Shown piece after piece: positions 1 through 8,435 of a stretch of DNA of 64,000 nt. This DNA comes from Cyanobacteria bacterium J06626_4 (GTDB lineage Bacteria > Cyanobacteriota > Cyanobacteriia > Phormidesmidales > Phormidesmidaceae), in contig JBCBJQ010000007.1 of the NCBI GenBank assembly GCA_038523235.1, positions 32,001 to 96,000 on the forward strand, in the 5' to 3' direction. Position 1 is the stretch's first letter. Each line of letters opens with the position of its first letter. The translations under genes were made by a program, and so were the position numbers. The notes under the pieces were generated by a model, which searched no databases, was not told where the DNA came from, and saw nothing but the letters and a program-made list of their open reading frames with translations.

Positions 1-1536
1 ACCCCTTTACCCCTCGCACAATACCCCGTGAGTCGGGTGCTGACTAACCAAAAGCCGCTTTATAACTGTGTAATTGGCATCCAATCGGTGCATTCGTCAG
101 ATATAACCTGGGTGCTGATTAACGCCTTCCCCACGTTTGACGCATCGGGTCAGCTCCAGCAAATTGTAGTGACCTTTACCGATATCACCGATCGCAAAAT
201 CGCTGAAGAAAAACTACGCTACCGAGCCCTGCACGATACGCTGACCGGGTTGCCCAATCGCACCCTGCTCGTTGAGCGGCTAGATCATGCGATTCAACGA
301 CTGAAACGGCAGCCTGATCATCTATTTGCCATCTTATTTATTGACCTAAACCGCTTCAAAGTGGTGAATGACAGCTTGGGACATGTCGTCGGCGATCAGC
401 TCCTCCAGCAGGTGGCGCGACTGCTGGAGGGGCATGTCAGAAGTCTGGATACCGTGGCGCGCCTCGGGGGCGATGAGTTTGTGATTTTACTGGAGCAGAT
501 TGCTAGCCCTAAAGAAGCGATTCAGGTGGTTGAGCGCATTCAACAGGATCTCAAGCGGCCCATGACGGTGATGGGGCACACCGTCTTTACCACGGCCAGC
601 ATTGGCATTGCCCTGAGCAATCTGGGCTATGCCAGCGGCCAAGATATTTTGCGCGATGCTGACAACGCGATGTATCGAGCCAAAGCGCAAGGCCAATCGG
701 GCTACGCCGTCTTTGACCCGGCCATGCATCAGAGTGCCGTCAAACTCTTAGAGCTCGAAACCAATCTCCGGCAAGCACTGGTCAATCAAGAGTTTAAGCT
801 GCACTATCAGCCCATCATCAGCCTGCCCGCCCAACAGCTCATGGGGTTTGAGGCACTCGTGCGGTGGTACCCGCCCAACGGTGCAGTGATTCCGCCCAAT
901 GACTTTATCCCCCTGGCGGAAGAAACGGGCCTGATCATTCCGCTCAGCGAGTGGGTTTTGCAAGAAGCCTGCAGTCAGATGCAAGCCTGGTGCACCACGA
1001 TGCCCGCCGTCAAATCGCTCAAAATGAGTGTCAACATCACATCTCGACTGTTCCAAGCGGCGCGATTTTTTGACCGGTTAGATCAGATTTTGATGCAGAC
1101 TCAGCTCCCTGCTCACAATCTCAAGCTCGAAGTTACCGAAAGCGTCTTACTCGAGAATCTAGAAGCCGTGTTATCAACCCTTTCTAAATTGCAAGACCGC
1201 CAAATCGAAATCAGTTTGGATGACTTTGGCACCGGCTATTCCTCTCTGAGCTATCTCAAGCAGTTTCCGATTAATACGCTCAAAATCGACAAGTCGTTTG
1301 TTGACAGCCTGGAGCAGGCCAGTGATACCAGTTTGGTGGCAGCGATCATTCAAATCGCCAATGCATTTCAGATGACGGTGGTGGCTGAGGGCGTCGAAAC
1401 GCGATCGCAGCAGCAGTGGTTGAACAACTTAGGCTGTGGAGCCATTCAGGGCTATCTGATTGCCCCGCCCCTCTCTGCCGCCAAGGCCGAAGCCTTTATG
1501 AAAACAGCACGCTTTTTGCCGAATTTGGTCACGTGA
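1..1536 (+). CDS. PAS-GGDEF-EAL diguanylate cyclase/phosphodiesterase (5' end outside window)
   Basis: Frame is open from base 1. PAC-like 'DITDRK', 'HDTLTGLPNR', intact RLGGDEF, FEALVRW and DDFGTGYSS motifs. Confidence 0.93.
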   Translation, partial: TPLPLAQYPVSRVLTNQKPLYNCVIGIQSVHSSDITWVLINAFPTFDASGQLQQIVVTFTDITDRKIAEEKLRYRALHDTLTGLPNRTLLVERLDHAIQRLKRQPDHLFAILFIDLNRFKVVNDSLGHVVGDQLLQQVARLLEGHVRSLDTVARLGGDEFVILLEQIASPKEAIQVVERIQQDLKRPMTVMGHTVFTTASIGIALSNLGYASGQDILRDADNAMYRAKAQGQSGYAVFDPAMHQSAVKLLELETNLRQALVNQEFKLHYQPIISLPAQQLMGFEALVRWYPPNGAVIPPNDFIPLAEETGLIIPLSEWVLQEACSQMQAWCTTMPAVKSLKMSVNITSRLFQAARFFDRLDQILMQTQLPAHNLKLEVTESVLLENLEAVLSTLSKLQDRQIEISLDDFGTGYSSLSYLKQFPINTLKIDKSFVDSLEQASDTSLVAAIIQIANAFQMTVVAEGVETRSQQQWLNNLGCGAIQGYLIAPPLSAAKAEAFMKTARFLPNLVT

Positions 1537-1843
1537 TGAGAGCGTAGAGGTTAAAGGGTGCCAGGGACAGGGTGAAGAGTCTGATATTTTCGGGATTTGG
1601 CCGCAGCATGGCAAAATCGCGCCGACAATCTTGCCCCTCAGCTTCCCGGCAATACAGCGTTGATGAGTTATAGCTGTAGCCAATCAAGTTAGGATGCTGC
1701 CTACTTGAACACCAGTGCGGGTTAACCCAAACTAGCGTTAGCGATACATGAGGCTTCTACTGCCCCTCGGCGCATCAGTATTGCCAAGCTAGCTGGAAGC
1801 CTGATCCTTAAGAATGGGTATTATCTAGCTCATTGGCACTGAC

Positions 1844-2341
1844 ATGATTGTGATTTTAATGGGGGTCTCAGGCTCAGGTAAGAGCACCGTCGGTCAGCAG
1901 CTGGCTCGGGCGCTGGGGTGGCGTTTTGTCGAGGGCGATGACTTGCATCCGATCGCCAACGTCGAGAAAATGCGTCAGGGCATTCCGCTCACCGACACTG
2001 ATCGAGAGCCGTGGCTGCAGGCGATCGGGCAGCAAATCAGTCAGCTACAGCAGGCCAAACAAGCCGCCGTGATCACCTGTTCCGCTCTCAAGCAGCGCTA
2101 TCGCGAGGGGCTGCAAAGCACCCAGCCCCCCGGTACTCTGCAGTTTGTTTATCTCAAAGCGAGTCCTGCTGTGTTGCGATCGCGCCTAACCCAGCGGCAA
2201 GGCCACTTCATGCAGGCATCCCTACTGGATAGTCAACTCGCCGCATTAGAAGAGCCCACCCAGGCAATCACGATTGGCCTGACCGCCACCGCCACGACCG
2301 CGCAGATCGTGGCTCAAATTCGCCATCAGCTCGCGGTGTAA
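1844..2341 (+). CDS. gntK: Gluconokinase (GntK/IdnK type)
   Basis: MGVSGSGKST P-loop, 'EGDDLHP..N..KM..GIPLTD.DR.PWL', 'CSALK..YR', 'HFM..SLLDSQ...LEEP'. Confidence 0.92.
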   Translation: MIVILMGVSGSGKSTVGQQLARALGWRFVEGDDLHPIANVEKMRQGIPLTDTDREPWLQAIGQQISQLQQAKQAAVITCSALKQRYREGLQSTQPPGTLQFVYLKASPAVLRSRLTQRQGHFMQASLLDSQLAALEEPTQAITIGLTATATTAQIVAQIRHQLAV

Positions 2342-2421
2342 AGCAACACGGTTAAAGGTGCTCGTCCCTGAGCCCTCACCTTACGAGCAGAACTGCGACT
2401 TGTTTTTTGCGGCGGCGATCG

Positions 2422-2859
2422 CTAGTCATCGAGTCGCAGTGATCGGGCCATCGCGTCTAGTTCATCGCGAGTCGGCGTCGGTAAGGGCTTGAGTCCAAAC
2501 TGGATTTCACCGTTTTCGATATAGGCCAGATGCTTGTAAGTAATATCGAGGGGATCGTATTGCGGCACCAAATTGAGGTGAGCATGGTGTACGCCAAATC
2601 CATGCACGACCATGCCCACCTTAAGCGGCTGATACACCTGGCGAATCTTGCGGCCCACGCGCTGAGCGGTCACCATTACCTGGGCAGCCAAGTCATCTGG
2701 CACATCTGTAAAGTGATCAATGTGCAGTTTGGGAATCACAATGCAAGCACCCGGATAGATGGGCTGCAGCGGGATGAAGCACATCGTATGATCATCTTCA
2801 TACACCGTGCTGACGGGGCCGACACCCTTAACGATGTCGCAAAAAGGGCACTCTTCCAT
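2422..2859 (-). CDS. HIT family protein
   Basis: N-terminal CPFC, 'VYEDD', 'VIPK.H', triad-like 'HHAHLNLVP'. Confidence 0.88.
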   Translation of the reverse strand: MEECPFCDIVKGVGPVSTVYEDDHTMCFIPLQPIYPGACIVIPKLHIDHFTDVPDDLAAQVMVTAQRVGRKIRQVYQPLKVGMVVHGFGVHHAHLNLVPQYDPLDITYKHLAYIENGEIQFGLKPLPTPTRDELDAMARSLRLDD

Positions 2860-3286
2860 CTTTCATAGGGCCAAAAGGGTTACCGCTATTGAACCGGATA
2901 TCACGATCAAAGCTCTATCACCTACAACACTTTGACGGCCAAAGGTGCCCTGCCTGGTGGGATCAGACGCCCAAGGTCAGCCCGGCAATGCCGAGGAGCC
3001 AAATTTTTGCCTTGTTTCAAAATAGGAGATTTGACGACGGTGCACCTGGCACCTGGTCGGCATCCTGAAAACCCAGCCGATTGCTTGGAAGAGCGATCGC
3101 GGCGAGGCCCATGAAGAAGAGCACTCAGCGCCCTCGCGTCGGTTAGCGGTGAGACCACAAAAAATCTATACACAAAGCCGGTTAGCGCCTTCAGAAGACA
3201 GCGCTAAACCTAACGTCGAGAGCGGGGGCATTCGAGCAATTCACGCTACTGGCAGCAAATCCTCGCAGCGTGGTTGTCACCGATAA

Positions 3287-3628
3287 TTAGTGCGAGACTA
3301 CAGCTGGCGTATGGCCAGAAGGTTTAATGCCAAACTTGACCAAGTCAGCCAATTCCTGTAACTGACTAATGGCTTCTGCGCCTTCTAATTTCATCAGCTC
3401 GCGATCATCGCGCATCTCAGTCCAGGTGATGCCGTAGTCAGAGACCAAAAAGCGAATGAGGTGGTTGTCGCCCAGACTCACCATGAAGGAGGCGCTATTC
3501 ATCTGCCCGCCGCAGGTATAGCAGGAAGCCAGGTAACCGCGGTTTTCCAGCACCGTGGCTAAAGCCTGCAGGTTCATTACTAGGTCTTGCACAAAGCTTC
3601 TGTGCTGCTCTGCCAATCGGACGAACAT
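3287..3628 (-). CDS. Conserved cyanobacterial protein, DUF1815 family
   Basis: 'MFxRLAEQHR..VQDLVMNLQALA..LE.RGYLASCYTCG', 'IRFLVSDYGITWTE'. Confidence 0.85.
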   Translation of the reverse strand: MFVRLAEQHRSFVQDLVMNLQALATVLENRGYLASCYTCGGQMNSASFMVSLGDNHLIRFLVSDYGITWTEMRDDRELMKLEGAEAISQLQELADLVKFGIKPSGHTPAVVSH

Positions 3629-4247
3629 GGCAACTCTCCTTTACTTCCAAGAATTATACTCTAAATACAAAACCTTTAGATTGTCTTCATGATTTCAGCG
3701 CCACTTGTGTGCAAAGCAGCCTGTTTGAGATTTACGCATAGGACAGCGTAAGCGTGCGGCTAAAGCTGTCTGAAGATACAGAATGATGCCCCGCTGGCAA
3801 TAGAGGATGGTAAGGCTAAGCGTGCTTAAACTTAGCGCTGGTATCTCTAACGCTCTGTATCGTTTTAGACCGTTAGATAATTGCCACTGCTATCCGTTCT
3901 AACGCAACTATCGCCCGATGAGGTATCACAACTCCTTATGGCAGGTATGCAAATGGTTGAATTCGTCAGTCAGCCAAATTTGATGGCGGGCGATTTGGCC
4001 GGGCGATCGCGCCTGTTTGTGGATGGCATTGACCGGTTGCAGGGCTAATTGCAATGTGCTCAAGCGGATCGAGCGGATCGCTAGCAGCGGCTGTGGCCCG
4101 AGCCTTGAGCCATTAACACAGTGATAAATTTTGCTCTAGATTGTGGGTTTAGCGATCGCGATTGACCACATTACGGTTGGTGAGAGGCTCGCAGGGAAAT
4201 CGCAGCTTTCGAGGTAGTATCGATAGGTTGTTAAGAAATCTTGAGTC

Positions 4248-4586
4248 ATGGTTGAACGTCCTATCAAGAAATCGGAACTTGCTGCCCGCAAAGCGCAGGA
4301 AGGCAGTAGTGAGCGCGAGGCGCCCAGTGGCGATCGCCGTGACCGCAATGATAGAGGCCGCAAAGGTGGCCGGGGTAAGGGACGCCGCGATCGTGAAGAA
4401 AAGGCTCCAGCGGTTTCACCAGCTTTGATGCGGGGGCCTCGACCTCAGCCTAAAGTCGAAGCCCCTGAGCCCGAGCCCGAAGTCGTCGCGACCGAAGAGG
4501 AAGCGGCTCCGGCAGAAGCAGCGGCGACTGAAGCAGCAGAGACAACGGCTGAGGACGTCTCGGACGCGAGTGCAAAGACCGAATAG
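4248..4586 (+). CDS. Conserved hypothetical protein (basic N-terminus, acidic Ala/Glu tail)
   Basis: 'MVERPIKKSE' start and 'PALMRGPRP' motif typical of a cyanobacterial hypothetical family; followed by a hairpin. Confidence 0.75.
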   Translation: MVERPIKKSELAARKAQEGSSEREAPSGDRRDRNDRGRKGGRGKGRRDREEKAPAVSPALMRGPRPQPKVEAPEPEPEVVATEEEAAPAEAAATEAAETTAEDVSDASAKTE

Positions 4587-4588
4587 AC

Positions 4589-4621
4589 AAAAAAAATCCC
4601 TGGCTGATTCGCCAGGGATTT
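4589..4621. terminator. Intrinsic terminator hairpin, U8 tail on the minus strand, probably shared with the convergent + gene
   Basis: AAATCCCTGGC / GCCAGGGATTT stem, 6-nt loop, A8 run at 4589-4596. Confidence 0.8.
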
Positions 4622-4641
4622 CTATCAGGGTGCATCTACCA
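4589..4641 (-). ncRNA. nsiR1: NsiR1-like small RNA (about 53 nt)
   Basis: Minus strand reads TGGTAGATGCACCCTGATAG-AAATCCCTGGC-gaatca-GCCAGGGATTTTTTTT. The 5' part matches the conserved NsiR1 5' end as I recall it; TCCGGA lies at -35..-30. Confidence 0.75.
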
Positions 4642-4670
4642 TTCCAACTTTCTCGGCATTTTCGACAGTA

Positions 4671-4676
4671 TCCGGA
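4671..4676 (-). promoter_or_regulatory. DIF1 motif (TCCGGA) at -35 of the NsiR1-like RNA
   Basis: Perfect TCCGGA 30-35 nt upstream of the predicted 5' end at about 4641. Confidence 0.65.
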
Positions 4677-4972
4677 CAGGCGTCGTTTTTTTTTGGTATT
4701 GCCATCGTCGGGGTAGCCAGAACCTTATAGATAGGGGGAATTCATCTACAACAACATTCCCATCGACATCGGATTTAACCTTTGCTGCAGAGTATTCAGA
4801 ATTCCACCTGTCGACTGCAACGATGCTCTTCCATTAACGCCTTTAAGCCGATCCCCCCGCTCGGCGCTCCCCCCTGATCCCGCCCGCTTTGCCACGTGGG
4901 AAACCTCAGGAACACTGGCAGTCGAGGCATCGGTCTCGGGCCAGAGAATCGATCTTTGGCCCAACGTGCGTC

Positions 4973-5716
4973 TCACTCCAACTGATCGAGCTGCGCGAAG
5001 TTAAACGGCGCGGTGAAATTGTTGTAGCGAATGCGAAGCCGGTCTTCGAACTGTTCGTCTAAAGTTTCGATCGCAGTGCTAAAAGTCGCTTCAGCTTCCC
5101 AGGGGATCAAATAGGCGGCGTTATAGATCATGGCATCTGTCATCGGGTCGTTTTCGACCATTTCGACGGCCAAGGCATTCAACGTATTGCGAAAGGCATT
5201 CACAATGTCATCCTTCCGGGCATTGACCGCCTGCTCGATCGATTGGCCAATGCTAACCACCTGATCCATGCTGAGTTGCTTACCTTCTAACTGATCACGC
5301 TGGTGGCGGAGGTCAGCGTTTTCAGCCATCAGCTGATTGAGTTCGACATCCGCCTGCCAAAGCACTTTGACGCTGACTTCTCGATGACCGTCTAGGCGGG
5401 CAAAGAGCTGCTTGAGACCATTGCCCCGAGGCGTGATTAGCTCTTGCGTAACGCGTTCCCAGGTTTCAATAACGAGGCCAAACTGGAGTGGCAGTAGGGT
5501 GCGATCGCCTGCCTGCATCGCCGCTTCTAGCACGCGCTCGTGGCCTAAAAGGTTTTTGCGACTGGCTAAATAGCGCTCTTGCTGGGCCTCTGAATATAGA
5601 AAGGCAAAATTGTCGATGAGGTGGGTGGCCACCGGCTGGTTATCGAGCCCCTTGACGTCTAACTCTTGAGGCCCCGGCGCCGGAAAAATTCCATAAAGAT
5701 AGAAAAGTTGAGGCAT
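4973..5716 (-). CDS. gvpF: Gas vesicle protein, GvpF/GvpL family
   Basis: 'YLYGIFP', 'YLASRKNLLGHERVLE', 'LLPLQFG', 'IRYNNFTAPFNF'; directly downstream of gvpK. Confidence 0.9.
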   Translation of the reverse strand: MPQLFYLYGIFPAPGPQELDVKGLDNQPVATHLIDNFAFLYSEAQQERYLASRKNLLGHERVLEAAMQAGDRTLLPLQFGLVIETWERVTQELITPRGNGLKQLFARLDGHREVSVKVLWQADVELNQLMAENADLRHQRDQLEGKQLSMDQVVSIGQSIEQAVNARKDDIVNAFRNTLNALAVEMVENDPMTDAMIYNAAYLIPWEAEATFSTAIETLDEQFEDRLRIRYNNFTAPFNFAQLDQLE

Positions 5717-5759
5717 AGCTCGCCAGCAAAAAAAAGATTGAATGCGTTGCCAGCTTATC

Positions 5760-6230
5760 TCAGTTCACGGGTTTAGAGGTCAGCACCAGGCGCAATTTGG
5801 CATGAATTAGGTTGAGGCGAGCCAAGCCCAAATCGACATCGCCTTCGACGACAACGCCCGTATCAAGCAGGCGATCGAGCAATTCTAACAGTGACGGTGA
5901 TTCTGAGTGCTCGCCCGGATAATACCCCCCGGTGCGCGGCAGCAGTGTCCCCAGCTCACCGAGGTCGATATTCAAATCAGCCGGGTCAACCTCAAATACC
6001 TCGCACAGGCGAACGATTTCCACTTCTAGACGGCGCAGGCTATCTGAGGCGCGGTCTAAATCATCGTCGCCCAAGTCACCTGATTCCATACGTCGAATGA
6101 TCTGAGCTTCCATCAGTTGACGAATCAGCTCAGTCACAGTCAGCAACAGAGGGGCTAGGCCCGCATCAGCATTACTGGGTCGAGCCAGTGCCAACTCACT
6201 TTCTAAAGGCGGATTATCCGATGATGTCAT
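5760..6230 (-). CDS. gvpK: Gas vesicle protein GvpK (with C-terminal GvpA/J-like segment)
   Basis: 'GLAPLLLTV.ELIRQLMEAQ.IRRM', 'LNIDLGELG.LL', 'LELLDRLLDTGVVV'. Confidence 0.92.
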   Translation of the reverse strand: MTSSDNPPLESELALARPSNADAGLAPLLLTVTELIRQLMEAQIIRRMESGDLGDDDLDRASDSLRRLEVEIVRLCEVFEVDPADLNIDLGELGTLLPRTGGYYPGEHSESPSLLELLDRLLDTGVVVEGDVDLGLARLNLIHAKLRLVLTSKPVN

Positions 6231-6312
6231 GGCTTCAGCTTAGCGCTTTGCTGACGCCTCGCCGCCAACTTGCCGCGACCGCCCTGATAAGGCGTCTGCA
6301 ATCAAAATCACA

Positions 6313-6507
6313 CTACTTACAGACTTGCCACATGCCGTTACGCCACTTGCGATGTTCATCGTGGGTCAGCACCTTGGCGTATCCCAACACCAGGCGTCCC
6401 TGCTCAAGCATCACCCCTCGGTGAGCCCGGTTAATCGCACGGCAAGCTCGGAAACTATCAGCGGTTTTGCTGCTAGCGATATGTTTCATGGTGCGAATCT
6501 TAATCAT
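6313..6507 (-). CDS. Small basic hypothetical protein (64 aa)
   Basis: ATG at 6507 after purine-rich AGAGAAGGG; MIKIRTMKHIASSK...RKWRNGMWQVCK; same strand as, and just upstream of, gvpK. Confidence 0.45.
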   Translation of the reverse strand: MIKIRTMKHIASSKTADSFRACRAINRAHRGVMLEQGRLVLGYAKVLTHDEHRKWRNGMWQVCK

Positions 6508-6840
6508 GAGAGACCCTTCTCTAATCTGCATCTATGACGGTGGGAACGAAAGCTTTCAGCCCGGCTGGGCGGCTACTGATGGTTGGACGCAACGATCAGT
6601 CTGAACTGAATGTGTTGGAGCCACTGATGTCGTCAGGACGATCGCCTATCACGATGCCCCCCCATGTTCAGAATGCCTCAAACCCCAGCCAGAAAAACAC
6701 CTTATTGTAGCCTGTCTTTTTTATTCTTAGATTTCCATTGGGCTTTCTCTGAAACGGCTGTAAGACTCTCACAGAGAGAGTCTTGAAACACTGGCAAACG
6801 CTCCTGCAGCGACGACGACGGCAAGCTTCCTCACATTTTT

Positions 6841-7137
6841 TTACATTTCAGGACAAGCCTTAATGATGGGCTTCACCACCAGCCTACTTTTCCTATTCTC
6901 GACGCTCTCGCCGACACCGAGTTCAGCGATGTACCTTTCGGGCTTAATGGCGTAGTTGTTAGCCCAACCCTGGTGATCAACGGTCTGACCACCCGGCGTA
7001 TCGATGTCGTTTTCTGTCTTTGCCTGAATTTACGGATAGTTTTCCTGCACTCAAGCTTTATGAGCAGCAGTCTCTGCAGACATGACATGAGGAGCAAACT
7101 GTCGGTGTGAGCGGGAAGATTTAGGCCTTTTTTACAT
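6841..7137 (-). pseudogene. Pseudogene of a conserved cyanobacterial 'PAETAARKE...GGYTVD..G..NNYA.EP' protein
   Basis: One frame reads M*KRPKSSRSHRQFAPHVMSAETAAHKA*VQENYP*IQAKTENDIDTPGGQTVDHQGWANNYAIKPERYIAELG, with in-frame stops at 7134-7132, 7053-7051 and 7032-7030. Confidence 0.65.
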
Positions 7138-7476
7138 AGCTTGTTAGAAAACTCTTGCTGAACGCGATGTCTCAAGACTGCGTAAAGTGAACTCTGCCCT
7201 ATCCCTCAAACGATAGATTCCTAAGACATCAAGAAACTGAGCCTTAGGCAGATGTCTGCCACTAAAAAAGTGCTTAAGATTTTCATACCAAAAGTGAACA
7301 TAGCAGGAAAGAGCTGAAGGCCAAGGGTCTTAGGTTTTAAGGCGTTTGATTTTTTAGAAAGTAGAGAAACTAACGCGTCTTGCTTTTACCAAACACATTT
7401 GTGACTGCTCAATTCAGGGTGCGGTGGAAATCATCCAGTGACGCGAGCAGTTGGTTATTTATTCAGGTGGTTTTTA

Positions 7477-8268
7477 ATGGCTATTTATTTTCAACGCCAA
7501 GCATTTTGGGGCACGATTCTCGTCGGAGCATTCGCACTGCCGACCCTAGTCTCTTGCGCCAATCCGACGCCAACAGATGTTGAGGGTATCGGTGGACAAG
7601 AGGACATTTCGGCCACTCTAGAATCTGATGAAGCCGATACTATCAATGGCGAAGCGATCGCTTTATATGGTCAGTTCGAGTCTCATGTGGGAGGCACCGT
7701 ATTTTTGCTAGAAGAGACTGGCAATGAAGCGCTCGGCAACGTGCTGGTAGTCAACGCCAGCGATCGCGCCTTTGCCGTCCCCGCTGATGCCGGAACGCCC
7801 ATGTGGGCCGTCGGTACGATTTTGCCCTTAGACCCCACCACCATTGATGGCATTGATCCGGCTGAGCTGGAAGCTTATGCTGGCGAGTCTGCGGTCTACG
7901 CTGAGCGCATTACGCTGGCTCCCGAACCCGCCAGCCTGACAGCAGAGGCCGAGACGTTTTACAACCAAGACGTCACTGTATACGGCGAAGTCGAGCCGGT
8001 GGAGGCGGAAAACACCTTTATTTTGAAAGATCCTGACCTATTTGAGGGCAAAGGTGTCATCGTGATTCAGACGGGTGATACAGCCCTTCCCTCGCCCACT
8101 GACGATGCCAAAGTAGCCGTGTCAGGTATTTTGCGTCCCTACGTTATTGCTGAGCTAGAAGAAGAGTACGCGCTGACCTGGGATCTGAATTTAATCGAGC
8201 AGTTAGAAGCTGAGTACAGCGAATTGCCCGTGTTGGTGGCTGATTTGATCACACTGACCGACGACTAA
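7477..8268 (+). CDS. Acidic hypothetical lipoprotein with two internal repeat domains
   Basis: Signal peptide ending in lipobox-like LVSC; repeated 'YG..E....F.L......G..V.V' blocks; ATG 7477 preferred over GTG 7438. Confidence 0.8.
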   Translation: MAIYFQRQAFWGTILVGAFALPTLVSCANPTPTDVEGIGGQEDISATLESDEADTINGEAIALYGQFESHVGGTVFLLEETGNEALGNVLVVNASDRAFAVPADAGTPMWAVGTILPLDPTTIDGIDPAELEAYAGESAVYAERITLAPEPASLTAEAETFYNQDVTVYGEVEPVEAENTFILKDPDLFEGKGVIVIQTGDTALPSPTDDAKVAVSGILRPYVIAELEEEYALTWDLNLIEQLEAEYSELPVLVADLITLTDD

Positions 8269-8435
8269 GCGAGAGTTTCTGTGTGTCGGTGGTCAAGCCA
8301 GGCTGAGCAAGCCAGCAGCCAGCATTGCCATCGACGCCGACAGGGCCTGAACGCTGTTTCCTGCCTAGAGGCGTGAGAACGTCCATAGACTGCGCGAAAT
8401 CTGGCACATTGAGAGAGCCCCGATCCCCTCAATGA

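Noticed and set aside
4625..4760. KaiB-like peptide 'YKVLATPTM' on the minus strand
   Set aside because: The match is very short and needs several frameshifts; the DNA is better explained as the NsiR1-like promoter and RNA.
6540..6600. Possible glutamine (glnA) riboswitch starting ATCGTTG on the minus strand
   Set aside because: No closing CAACG/GAACG strand and no GGAAGTA...GAAG E-loop.
6873..7175. Listed 100-aa minus ORF
   Set aside because: Shadow frame of the pseudogene at 6841-7137; no recognisable features.
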